Source: Paraspadella gotoi (taxonomy: Eukaryota; Animalia; Chaetognatha). From it: a stretch of 64,000 bases of DNA. The notes below the pieces were generated by a model. The model saw nothing but the letters and a program-made list of their open reading frames with translations, had not been told where the DNA came from and made no database searches. The DNA lies in contig CM119268.1 in assembly GCA_051294375.1 (NCBI GenBank), positions 15,280,172 through 15,344,171 on the forward strand, given 5' to 3'. The position numbers were made by a program, and so were the translations under genes. Positions 38,001 to 51,178 of this stretch are shown piece after piece (within the stretch, counting starts at the first letter, position 1; the number at the start of each line of letters is the position of its first letter).

Positions 38001-38356
38001 TGTATTGAATGGCAAAGTTTGAGTCGTCTGTTGCTAGAGTAAACTATTAGCAGGGGTTCAACATTTTTTATTAGAGAACACCTTTGTTTAACGCGTATGA
38101 ATGACACAGCGTCTGAGGTGGTAGATCCCCATTTATTGCCCTCTCCTCCTCCTCTCTCCTCTCTCTCTCTCCCTCTACTTCTCTCTCTCTCTCTCCCTCT
38201 CCTCTCTCTTCTTCTCGCCTTTGCTTCTCTTCCACAGACGCGGTTCACGATGTTGATGTTTCTTTGTTAAAAAGAAAGATGCGCCGCGCAACTGCAGACG
38301 TTCCTTTGATTGAGGACGGTCCTCTGTTCGACGCCACCGCAACGCCATCTTCTCTC

Positions 38357-38398
<42 letters not shown>

Positions 38399-38400
38399 TG

Positions 38401-38445
<45 letters not shown>

Positions 38446-41400
38446 TGGAAAACGAAAGAAAAGGCCTTCACTTCCATTATTTTTTTTGCAGTTCGCGCGT
38501 CGGCGGTCGCCAATTTCTCCGCAAAATGAAGTTTTTATGCATTAAGTTTTCTTCTTTTCTTTTTTTTCTTTCCTCGTCTGGACTGAGTGTTCCAGTCGAG
38601 CGACCGAACTGAGGACGAGGTTTTCTTTTTTTTGCCCAGAGGTGTAAATTGACCAGTCGATCACTCGAGACGAGGAGCGGGTGGGGTTGGGGTAGTACTT
38701 GCTTATTGTGTCGATCTCTTTTGTCCAAAGTATGTATGTATGTATGTGTATGTATGACTGTATCGTCTTTGGATAGGAAAACCAGCGGTTGTCGAGGGCT
38801 AACAAAGGTTATTCGATGCCTTGTTAAATTCGCAAGGTTTTATTAAGATGATGTAACATGAAAAACTTGTCTTGACAAGGTTTGAGGCGATTAATTTCCC
38901 TGAGCCAGATTATAACTTAAATTCTCACTAAAAATTCCGTTGTGACAGCGTGGACGAACAGTACTTCCCCGCATTTGAACTATGATATCGGACTACGTCC
39001 CACTCATGAACCGATGGATGACGCCATTTCACTTTGCATCGCTGAATTTTTCTTCCAATTTAAAATATCCTTTGCGCATGAAGAAGGTCATAGGCGAAAC
39101 AAGGGCCGAGTTTTGAGAAAAATAAAACTTTGTATACTCCCTATATCTCTGTCTAACTAAATCTAAAATATGTGAATTAGAATAAGCTAGAATTTGCCTA
39201 AAGTATTTATATTACTCACCTACATATATATATATCTCTTCTCTGAACGAGCCTGACTCAGGTGTCTGTAACTGGTTTTTTGAGTTATTCTTTTAGTTCC
39301 TGAATTTCTTTTCGAATCGGCTCGTTGAACTATTTATGTCGATTGTAGAAATACATTAATAAATAGAATAAATAAAAGTTTTCTCACTGCTCGTCTTATA
39401 ATAGCTTCGCGCCGATGATATCGGACGACACGACGATGACGAACGACGAATCGAGACGAACGACTACTTCGACGGGAAAAAACTGCCGCTGTGATGGCGC
39501 ATGTAATCATTCGCCGCAGGAAACGTCGAAGTCTGATCGAGGGACGCGGTGATTCTCGCGGAGTATAGAGCCGAACTCTTCGCCTCTCTGTAGTCACATT
39601 CACGCGGGTCAATTGGGGTTCAACGAGGGTCGGGCCGCTTTCGATCAACTTTGGCCCGAGAGAGAGATGGGGAATGAAGCGGAAGGAAAGAGAGGAAAGA
39701 GAGGAAAGTAAGAAAAGGAGAAAAGAGGAAAGAGAAAGAAAAAGACGAAAAGAAAGAAAAGAAAGAATAGAAAGAAAGAAGAAAAGAAAGAAAGAAATGA
39801 AAGAAAAGAAAGATAAAGAAAGAAAGAGAGAAAGATAGGAAGAAAAGATAAGAATGCATAAATAAATAAAAAGTGCTTTATTAAAGAAAGAGAGGTTAAA
39901 AAGACAGAACTTAAAAAGATAGAAAAAAGAGTAAGAAAGAAAATTAAGACTAGAAAGATCGATAAACTGCATGCAAAAGAGGAAAGAGAGTAGACAAATA
40001 AAAAAAAAAGAGCAAAACTTCTGAGAGAAGTCGTTCGGATCCGCTGCCAGGAAATAGGTGGGTGCGAAAATAGAGGGCGAAAGAACGCAGAAAGTCTGAC
40101 ATAGAGCTGGTCGGGACGACGACAAAGACAGAGAATAGGACAAAGAGAATGAGGGAGAGCATAAGGCACATGTGAGAGCGATAATAATACTCGTGGACCG
40201 GATCGAAAAGAGGAACAGTCAAGCAACGCTTTGCCTCATTAGACTAATAATAAAAGACCAAGAGCAATTCGCAGAAACTAATTTTTTCAGTTATCATTAT
40301 TTAGTTTTACATTTCTCGCCACAAATTGTTGTTCTCTGTGGACATTCTCACCGCGCTATATAAAAATTAATAAATACATGTTATCCTGTTTACTACATAA
40401 ATCTGAAATCTTAAATAATTTTCGTTTTCATCTCAGCTCTTTATTTTCTATATTGGCGTTACTGGATAAAACAGAATTGCGCGAGTAAGTAAAAGTTTAT
40501 ATATCTCTAACCTGATCCTGAACTCCATTCAATGCCATCAGCAATTCCACCCACCAATCCCACCATCGTTTGACCACTCCCACGCCTCCCCCCACCCCAC
40601 TCCCGTCCAACCCTTGAACCAATCTCTCTTTCTTGCTGTCATTCCTCTCTGGGTCATCAAAACGAGCTGAAGGTGAGGGGGGGTAGCGGAGCAGGGTTTT
40701 GGCGGGGCGTGAGGCGAGAAAAAGGCGGACGCGTTGGTGGGCGGAGACTTGAGGGGTATGGCTGGAAAGGGTGACTGGGCAAAAATAAGAGTGTGCACTT
40801 TTAAACGGAAATCGAGATGGCGCGGCCGTTGAACTTCCACGAGAGACGCCATTCCCTTCATCTCTTTCGCGACCTTCCAAGCTTCTTGGGCGCCCTCAGT
40901 GGGTACACGCTTGGCACAGTTTTTTTGGTCCCAGGCGCCCCGGCCATCTTCTTCCCCGCCGACATTCCTCTTTTGTCCCCACAGCCCCCCTTCTCCCCCG
41001 CCCTCGTCCTCTCGGCCTCCTTTCTCTCCTCTCGACCTTCCCCCCCTTGACTCCCAAATACATCCGGCGCCGGGGTCGTGGAAGAGGTCAAAGGTCGCGG
41101 TCGAGCGTTCGTACGACTTCTCGACTTCGCAAACAGGAACTGAGAGGGGGCGAAAGTGAATACGCTCAACGCGGTCGGGGCACGTTGACCTCCGTGAAAC
41201 GGGCGGCGTCGATATCGTCACGGACCTCCAATGGAAACCCGTCACGCCCCCCCATGAAATTTCGCCCGGGTCGGCGAGTTCTCATGGTTTTTTTTTTTAT
41301 TCCTTCTCTGTGCTCTGTCTACAGTCTAGTGTGCCTTGTGTTCCCCTCTCTCTACTCTCCTCCCTTCGTCTCTCTCCTCCTCTTGGCGTTTACCTTCTCT

Positions 41401-44400
41401 CTCTTCTCCACTTTCATTTCCTTGGGGAGAACCAAACAAAGCCAAAAACCCAAAGAAGGAAAAAAAAACAACCCAATTAAAAAATGGAAGGGAAAAAAGA
41501 GTTTAGATGAAAGGAGGAGAGGATGACCGATTGAGCGGGAAGATGAGGAGACGAGAGAGAGGACGATCGAGAGGGAGCAGAGAGAGAGAGCGCAGAGAGA
41601 GAGAGAGGAGTAAGAAGCTGAAGAGGGTGATGGGAGAGAGTCGGGACTCGAAATAAGAAATAACCCTGTTGGCAATGAAAAAAAAGCTGCCCGCCACTGC
41701 CCCGATTCCTTGCCGCCCCCATGTTGAAATAGGAGAACCGGTAAGCGTCCGCGTTACTATATTTTGCGGAATCTCATTTTTCGCAAAATTCCTCCTGAGA
41801 GGACCCGCAAACAGCCCGCGCCCCGGTAATGCCGGGTGCGCCGGAGCTGGTGGTGGATGTGTGTGGGACGGAAGCCCCGCCCGGTACAGGCGGCGGCGAG
41901 CGCAAGCAGAGGCGCATCGTCGGGTGTGGGTGTAAGTGGGTAGTAAAGGGGCGGGCGGGCATTTTCCCAAATCTGTTGGACCGTCTTCCCCTCCCTTTCT
42001 CCTTCTCGCGTGGTCTCGTGTCCTTTCTACTTCGATATTCTCTTCCTGCCTCTCTCCAACTTCTCTCTCTCTCTCTCTCTCTCTTCTCTCCTCCTCTTCT
42101 CTTCTCTCCTCTCCTTCTCTCTCTCGTTCTCTCTCTCTCGTCTCTGCTCTCTCTCTTTTCCATCTCTCTCTCCTCGCGGAAAATATGCAAATGGCTAAGA
42201 CGTTTTCATTAGCGCAAAACAAAAACGAAAAAAAAAGAAAAAAAGCATAGATCCGCTTCCAAAGTAATAACATTTTGAATTTAAAATGTTCCCTGGACTT
42301 TAGTTACAAATAAAGAAATCATATATTTTATTTTATTGTACTCATTATAAACTCTATCTATAAGCACTGTTGTTCTCAGATATTGTTTAACATAATTGTT
42401 TAAAACGCCAAAAAACAAAACTATATAAAACGAGCAGAAGAGGAGGCTGCTCAAAATGTCACTAAAAAAAAGAAAAGTGGCATTCGTCCTCCTTTCCGGA
42501 CTTCCCTCGATTCTCCGCTTCTCACCATTTTTTTTTCGCTTCTCCAATAGATTTTCATATTTCGTTGTTTGTAAGACGTCCGACGTTCTTTACCGAGCGC
42601 TCGTTCCCGAAAAAAACAACGCAAGAGAGGATTTGGACCACCAGGGGAGAGAGCGAGAGAGAGATAACCGAGACACTTGATGAGAGAAGACGACCTCCGG
42701 CGTAGAGCGTAGGATAGAGGACTCGGCGGCGGCAATCGAGAGAACGGACAAAAAGGATATAAAGGACGCGAGGCGAGAGGACGTAGAATGAGCGCAGACG
42801 AGAGACGAGAGAGGAGACGATACGCATCAGATAGACTAGATAGATAGGATAGGACAGAAGAGGAGCAAGATGAGCTAGAGAGACAGAAGATATGACGGAG
42901 AGAGAGTGAAGCTCCGAGACAGAGGGAAATGTTCAGAAACGGACGAGGGACGCGAGTTTTGTCGACGAATTCTCACAGGGCAAGGAGACCATCACAGGTT
43001 TTCTCTCGCCCGGACACTTCGGCGTCGTCTCCGGCCTCGTCTGTCCGTCGTTCCCGTTGTCTCCGCAAACTTTCGCCTGGACGTCTCCAGAAAATATTTG
43101 GAGGGCCGCCGGTTCAATCGACTTTGGCATCGTTTATAGGAGTTATAAAAAAATCCCAACTTGGAAGTAAAAATATTATATAAAAATACAGATATTTATA
43201 AACAACTATACCTTACTAGGCCGTCTTCAGAACTTAAATACTTAGGTCAAACAAACCACAAAAATTAACCTCCGTAATGAACTCTCGCAGATTTTACAAG
43301 CGTAAACAAACTTAGCAAACCAAATAGGAAAATGGACGCATCATAAAAAAAAACGGACGTGGGAACTTGCTCGCGGCAGATAAATCACACGAGGCGGCCC
43401 GCTCGTGTCTACCTGGGGCTCCGATCCAAAGGAGGAAGGAACAGCAGTGACCGCGCCTTAAGCCGGCGCGAATACTGGCGAGCCCCTTAAACCAAAGATC
43501 CCCCGTTACCGTGAGATCTTCCCTTACCGGCACTGGAAACAGCGCCTCTAGGCCGGCGTCCTAGAAGGGAGGGACCCGCCCGCCCCTCAATTTTGTCTGA
43601 TTCTCCAAGAGATGAGAAGAGATTTATGGTTTTTGCGGAAGCAAACAAGAAAACGCGGAAAAATCGGCAGGAAGACTGCCTGGAAACAATTTTGTAAATG
43701 CAAGCCCGATAAGGAAAGGAGCGCGAAAATAAAAAAAGTACTACTATGACAGAAAAACAAAAGGGATAAAGTGGAATTAAAAGCGCGAAGTTTGGTAGGT
43801 TTCGACAACACATCACAATAATCCACTACGCCGAGAAATCACAGGAAGCGAATTCACGATTTTTATCGCATCAAATGTGAGGATCGATATTCGCTTAAGC
43901 AGTCACGACTGATGTTTCAGACGTCCGTACCGAATCAAAATCGAGATCTCAACTTCAAGCGTCACCGCCTCTTTCCATTTGACCTCCCTCTTCTCTCCTC
44001 CTCCTCCTCCTCTCTCTCCCTCCTCTCTCTCTTCCTCTCTCTCTCTCCTTTCCTCTCCTCCTGCTCTTCTTTAATCATCCTCAGACATTCGTCCCATTCC
44101 AAATCCACATCAAGCTGTCGCATCCTTTCCGTCCGCCCTACCCTTCTGGCGTGCTACGCCTAAGGTTCGCCTAGCGACTGCTCCGCGACCTCCGTTTTCT
44201 AACGTCCAATAAAGCTGGAGTCGGGGCCCGCCCGTGCCGGAGATATACCGCTGGTGTTGAAAGCAAAAAAAAACCGGAATTTAAAGGAATAAACGTGATT
44301 TATTTTTTTTTTTTCAATTTGCGTTTTGGTTTTTTTAAAGGAGAAAAATGCGTGGAAAATTGAATCGGCCCAAAAGCATTCCTTTTTTCTTGTTTACTTT

Positions 44401-47400
44401 TCTACTGTTCTTGCTTCTTTTCTCACTTTTTTTTTTTTCTCGTTTCTCTGGCTTTATAATTTTATACCTATCCTCCTTTCTTTCTTTCCTTCATTTCCTT
44501 TCTTTCTTTCTTTCTTCTTTCCTTTCTCCTTTTTCTTTCTTTTCTTCTTTCTTTCTCTTTCGTTCTTTCTTTTCTTCTTTCTTACTATTTATTTTATTTA
44601 CTTTATTTATTTATTTTTCTCATTTTATTTTGTTTGTTATCTCATGATCCTCAATTATTTAAATTACAATCCACACACCCATTCTTTTATGAATCTTGGC
44701 ACGAATGAATTGTCCCCAGACGGAAGGACGAATAAACTATGCTAACTAACTACTTAATTCAGAGAATTCAGCGAAGAGAGGCTCAATGACGATATAGAGA
44801 GCGAGAGAGCAGGCAGAGAGCAGAGGACGAAGAGAGAAAGAGAGAGATGAGAGAGAGGGACGAGAGAAGAGGAGAGGAGAAGAGAGAGAGAGAAGAGAGA
44901 CTGCAGAGAAATCCTTTCGGCAGAGACGGCGAATTATGAGCACTTAACGCATTAGCCCATAGAAACTCCTGGGAATTCAAGGATTCGCAAATGGACGCCC
45001 CAAGAAGTGGGTGTGGCAGGAGAGGGAGCAGCGGAGACGGATTGTATGGGACTTACGGTATGGCGGGGAGGGCGGAGGAGAGTAAGGGTAAAGGCCTCGC
45101 GATCCGAAGCGCTAAGTGGTGGATGAGAAAGAGCAAGATGGGGTGCTTTTCTGAGACAAAGTGTACACGTTACAACCGTTGGTGGAAGTAAAAATTCGTT
45201 ATAATGGATATAGAACATCCAAGGTTCAATTAACCGATATCCGTCTTGTCTGAACCAAGAAAATTACCAATAATCTTTTTAAAGGACTTCAAAAAATGAT
45301 GAATTGTTTTTGAAAACAAAAACTCATCATACAAATTAGATGATTAAATGATCCTACTCACAGCACGTCATATATGGTCTATAAGACGTTACTACAGTCG
45401 ACCCTAGTCGGCGTTCCCGCGTACTTTCTCCGTCCATTCGGTTCGCCCAAACTTTTCCCAACTTTCGCGAGTGATTTTCTATGCAAATTTCGTGATTGTA
45501 AGCTTTTTAAAGCGCTGGAAAGCATCATTTAATTTACCCTGCGTTATGACCTTTCTGTAAAAAAATACAGAATCTTCTTTTTTCCTGTAAAAATGGATAG
45601 CCGTTCACTATTTGGTAAGATAAATATAATCTTTAAAATTTTTTGGTGTCTTTGGCAGCTTCAGGTCTTTGATAGCCTACCCATAGCATAGTCTACATAT
45701 TAAGCCTTACTGTTTATAGCCTTCGTCAATGCTATATAATTAGATGTTGTTAATCATTATCTCAAATATCTACCCCATAAACGGCCAGCACGCGGCCACC
45801 TTGGCTTTCTACGCGGATTTTCCGGGCGTCATACCCAAGAAAAAAAAAAACCTTGTAAAGGGTTCCTCACTTGAATTTTGATGCAGTCGCGAGTTGGAGG
45901 AGGTACGGAGTGAAAAGGCGTCGGGGCGTTTTTATGAAAAAGAGCCCAAACAGGGGAGGGGCCACAGTATTTCCTGGATTGTTGAGGAAACAAGGGTTCT
46001 TATAAACCGAAGGAGAAGGAACGGTAGAGCACTTTGGGTCCCCCACGCGAGCGTGAGGTATTGAATATTTAGACGCATTTGACTGAGACAGAAGAGCAGA
46101 GAGAGAGAGAGGAGAAGTAGAGAGCAGAGAGAGAACACCCGGGGCTGACGAGAACGAAGAGAGGGAGATAGGAGAAGAGACGAGCCAGAGAGCGAGAGAA
46201 AAACAAGAGAGCCGATGATCTCACCATGCCTGCCAATGCGCGCATCCCCAAGCCGATCCGTTTTCGCGACCGGCGCCAGGGCGGACTAGTTCATTTGCTT
46301 TCGAACCTTTTTTTTTTCGTTGGATATTTTTTCTCGAAAGTTCTATTTTCGCCCTTGGAGATGATGATTGCCCAGGGCACGCAGCTTAAGCAGACTTCCT
46401 CACGCAGGATTCTCCTTAATATTCCCACGCTTTTCTTTCTTCTCGACCATCTTCGCCCCCCCTATCCAAATCAAAAAATACAGAATTATCCCCGGTTTAA
46501 ATTCATTTTAGATATTTTTCTGTCTCAAACGCTCCGATTCGCAGGTCAAAAAGTTGATCGCTTCCGTTTTATTATTGTCCAACGATTCCCACGTCGATCC
46601 TCCCCGTTCGGTCCATCTTTCTATTTCGGCCATTCTTCTTTTCTTTCTGGGAGGAAAAGACTTGATTTTCAGTGACTGGCGTGATCACGTCGGTTCGCCG
46701 TTCGTCCGTTGTTGTCCCGCTTGTCCGTCGTCCGTTCCGTCGTCGGCCCGTTGTTGTCGTCCGCGTGTCGTCACTTCCCGTCATTCAGTGTCTGCCTCCC
46801 GCCTTCCCGTTTTCCCGCCTTGTCGCATCTCCCTGAGCTGCCATCCCATCTCTTCCGTCAGTCATTGTGCTAAAACTTCCCTCCTCCTCTCTCTCTCTCC
46901 CTCTCTTACTCTCCGCTCTCTCTCTCTCTCTCCTCTTCTCGTCTCCTCCTCGTCTCCTCTCTCCTCTCTCTCTCTCTCTCCTCCTCCTCCTCTCTCGTCT
47001 CTCTCTCTCTCTCTCCTTTCGTACAAATAGAAGCGGTTATTCGTCCCATTTCTCTCGCGCGTTCCTCGAAGACGAACAAACGACAACGACAACGACGAAG
47101 ACGACGGCTAGCGATAACGATAATGACGGTCACCGACAATGTACGACAATTGAAAGCTAACTTGACAAGGGGAAGGACGACGAAGACCCGAAAAAAAAGA
47201 TTTGGAACAAAGAAGAAGGGAAGACCGCTAATTGACAAAAAAAATTATACTTCCCAATTTTCCAGGAAAGGACCATCCGGTTGATTCGTGTTTTCACAAG
47301 CGATTTTTTCCACATAATGCATCCCTTAAACTAGCCGGACCAACTCCAGAGATGAAGTATTAAAATTTCGACTATTAAGCAAAGTATTTTTAGTTGTCTT

Positions 47401-48600
47401 GACTAAATATTTTAAGCCCAATTCATTTTTCCAAAAATAAAAATTTACATATACGTCTTGATAATAACATTATAAAAATTACTTGTCCTGGTCTTTTTTT
47501 TTACCAATTATATAAATTTTTTTTTGAAATCTTAAAATTTTTTGATGGATTCCTGATAGCAGCATAAAAGTTAAACAATGCAAATATAATTACAGGCTTT
47601 TTAAAAATTGTTACGTTCTTCTATGTTGAAAGAATATAAAAAACTTGATTAAAATCATCGAAGATCGATGATGACATGATTTTTTCACGGGTTTTTCTTA
47701 TTTTTTGACTTGCCTTATTCATTTTGAAAATATTTAAAAAAGAATTTATAACATTTGTGTAAACAACTTTTTATGAAGCTGATCTGAATCTGGGGTCTTA
47801 AACTTTAAAAATTATCCAAAAAAAGAATTTTGGCCACTTACCCTATTTATAAATAAATATTTTTAAAAAATAATTATTGGGTATAGCAGCCCACAGAAAA
47901 AATTTTTTTGTCCATTTGAAAGTATACTTCAAAATGATAAATTTTCCGTTTGAGCATGGTAACATTCAAAATTTTGACCTCACCCCATTGAGTGAGGGCT
48001 ATCCCTTAACCTTAACCTAATTAGGTAAATGAGCTTAGGGATGCGGAATCACATTGTGAAAATCTCTACAACCCAAATATAAAATTTTTTTACGTACTAC
48101 ATCATTCAATCTTGCGGCGTGAACTGGAAACTTTGAACAATGACTTGGACCCGGCTTATGTTCTCTTTAAGCTCCCGCTCTCCATCCGATCGTTTGTGAA
48201 TACACCCGAAAACGTGGAACCGATCGCCGTCCACAAAAATACTACAGGACTCGCTCATGGCTTTCACAGGTATTCATCAGAGGACACTAAGATATCCGGC
48301 CGTACATTGCCGACTCATCGACGGTTTTTCGTCGGCCATACGCGCCTCACTTCACCCGAATGTATAGACGTTCTTTTTTCCCCGACAGCAAAAGCCGGCC
48401 GGCGAAAGCAATGTCCTGGCCAGCCATTCCGCGGTGGGTGGGACAAGGCGGCGTCGTCGGGGCCAAAAAAAAAATTTCCATCCAAATCCTACCAGAAACG
48501 CGAGACTTTCTTTTTTTTTGCAGCTTCCCAGCGATTCGAGTCCGAATGATTGAGGAATAAAAAAACCGTCGACTATTAAAAAGGACGAAAGCCGACGGAG
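32091..48600 (+). repeat. Copy B of the ~15-kb block; indel-rich, long-read-like sequence
   Basis: Same order of unique segments as copy A, but with frequent single-base insertions and scrambled microsatellites. It spans the N gaps of copy A (e.g. ~34257-35230 covers gap 19188-19928). Confidence 0.92.
47330..48009. mobile_element. 680-bp AT-rich segment present in copy B only, flanked by a direct repeat (candidate insertion with TSD)
   Basis: ATCCCTTAA at 47321-47329 and 48001-48009. Copy A has a single TCCCTTAA (31521-31528) and lacks the segment. No clear TIR or ORF. Confidence 0.5.
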
Positions 48601-49310
48601 AGCGATGCGAGGAGGCGATGTGCAGGAGGCGATGGAGGAGCGATGCGAGGGAGGCGATGGACTGGAAAGTTAGGGAGCGCAGGCGATAGAGGAGCGATGG
48701 GAGGCAGTTCGATGGATGGAGGGCCGCATGTGAAGCCACGGTGAAGAGGAGACGATTGGAGGGAGGCGATAGAGGAGGTTACGGAGGCAGGCCGTATAGA
48801 GGCAGGCGATGGCAGGCAAGCGACTCTGGAGGATGGCGGATGAGAGGTGATCGAGCGAGGCGATGAGAGGAGCGGTGATGAAAGGAAGCCGATGGAGCGA
48901 GGCGGATGGCATGGCTAGGCGCACTGGAGAGGCGAGGAGGAGGGCGCATGGAGAGTGATGGTAGGAAGGATCGAGGAGGAGGTTATGGAGGGCAAAGTAG
49001 GATGGGGAGGGCAGTGATTGGAAGGAGTGATGGAGCGAGCTTGGATGGAGGGAGGCCGATGGAGGAGGGTAAAGGCGAGCGCAAGTGAATGGGAGGAGGC
49101 GAGCAGGAAGGACGGCGTACGGAGAAGGTACGGAGGAGTTGCATAGCAGGAGGCGGATTGGAGGAAGCGATGGATAGGAGGCGAAGGATGGGCGATTGAG
49201 GAAGCAATGGCAGGAGNNNNNNNNNNNNNNNNNNNNNNNNNTGGAGGAGGCGATGGAGGAGGCGATGATGGAGGCCTTGGAGGAAGCGATGGAGGAAGCG
49301 ATGAAGGCAT
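48590..49310. repeat. Degenerate (GGAGGAGGCGAT)-type purine-rich minisatellite
   Basis: Repeating GGAGG(A)AGCGAT / GGAGGCGAT units, cleaner after the 25-N gap at 49217-49241. A short stub of the same repeat lies at 32042-32083. Confidence 0.75.
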
Positions 49311-51125
49311 TGTGTGACGCGAGAATAAAGAAAGAGAGAAATGGTTTTTTCCTCGGTTAAGGTGAGGACAACCGGCAAGAGGGTGAGGAGCGATAGGGTG
49401 GTACAAATAATTGTCGTATAAAATTAAGATTGATATAGTTTAATATTTTGTAAGTATTATATTTAGAGAAACAAAGTTGTTGATGAATACTTATAATAAC
49501 AAGAGTTGAAACATGTCCTACTTACTCTCACATTAAATTTTTGTAAAAAAACGAAATTTTCGTTAATTTCTTAAAAGAAACCAAGTTTTATTTGTTACAA
49601 ACAACGACTTTTTATAGATTGAAGACTTACAAAAATAAATCGAAACAAGTCCGCCGTGTACAATTCTATAAAAAATTGTTGTTTGTAACAAATAAAACTT
49701 TGTTTTCTCTTAATTTGAAATGCAACAAAAAGAAAGTAGAAATACAATGTATTTATTATATAAAATTAGTAAAATTAAGTCAGAATTGAACTCAGTTTTT
49801 TCCTCATATTTTTCTGCACTAAACTTTTACCCCAAAACTGAATCGACCGAAATCGAGATATCTCACGCTTTTAATTCAGTATGGAGTATTTAAAAATATT
49901 TTGATAATATAATATATAATAATAATATAGTATAATAAAATATATAATAATATAATATAATATATTACCCACCCTAATCCTCGGGGAAGAGGAGAGGAAA
50001 AAGTTTCCCGAAGGTGACGGCCTGTAATGAATCGACGGAAAAATGGCGGNNNNNNNNNNNNNNNNNNNNNNNNNNNNNNNNNNNNNNNNNNNNNNNNNNN
50101 NNNNNNNNNNNNNNNNNNNNNNNNNNNNNNNNNNNNNNNNNNNNNNNNNNNNNNNNNNNNNNNNNNNNNNNNNNNNNNNNNNNNNNNNNNNNNNNNNNNN
50201 NNNNNNNNNNNNNNNNNNNNNNNNNNNNNNNNNNNNNNNNNNNAGGGAGGAATGAGGACGGGGGAGGAGGAGAGAGAAAGGAGAGAAGAGGTAAGTAAAG
50301 AGGAAGAGAGGGAGGAAAGAAATTAAATGAAATGAACTGAGAAATGAGAGAGGCGAAGAGAGAGCGGGAGATGGAGAGAAAAGGGAGAAAAGGGAGATAA
50401 AAGAAGGCAGGGGTGGGAAATGAAAATAAAATGGTGGATATGAAAATGAAAGAATGCAGAGGGACGAGACGAGGAAGAAAAAAGAGGAAAGAGGGAAGAT
50501 GGAGAGTCTGGGAGAGTGGAATCGGTCGTCAAGAACAATCCTTGACAAATGAGCAAAACGAAAAAATATTGGAGGTTGTGGAAAGTGCTGTATTTTTTGA
50601 AAAGAATTGATTAAGGATTAAGATTTATAATTACGAATTTTTAGGAAAATATATTTTTACTATTTTTAACTAATTCATTAAAATTTTTAAAAAAACCTGA
50701 ATAAAATCAAACTGCGTTATTTTCTATAATTATACTAATATGAGAAAATAAAAAAGTCACAATTAACTGACTTTACCTTGATTTTAAATTCGAATTGACA
50801 AAACAGTTTAAAAATATCGAATTCAGTCAACATCCATTCATGAAAGAAAACAGACCTCGGAATTTTTTCTCTTGTATCGAAGAAACGAAATTAGGCGAAG
50901 GAAAAAAATGAGGCCGGGGAAAAAAAGTTAAACAGGAAATTATTAATCCCCGTTGAGAAAATTTGAGTCAGAGTCTCTAAAGGCGAAATGCGGTTTTTTC
51001 TTTCTTTCTTTTTTGACTTTATTTTTTTCCCTTTGATTTTCATACGCTTTTCTCTCTCTCTTTCTCTCTCTTCCCCGTGCGTTAGAAAGAAGCTCATGAA
51101 TAAAAGAAAAACGTTGAGAATAAAC

Positions 51126-51178
<53 letters not shown>

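Noticed and set aside
32091-49216. ORFs unique to copy B (e.g. 39334..40143, 40538..41245, 41503..42273)
   Set aside because: The sequence is indel-rich, the frames are not preserved in the cleaner copy A, and the translations are low complexity.
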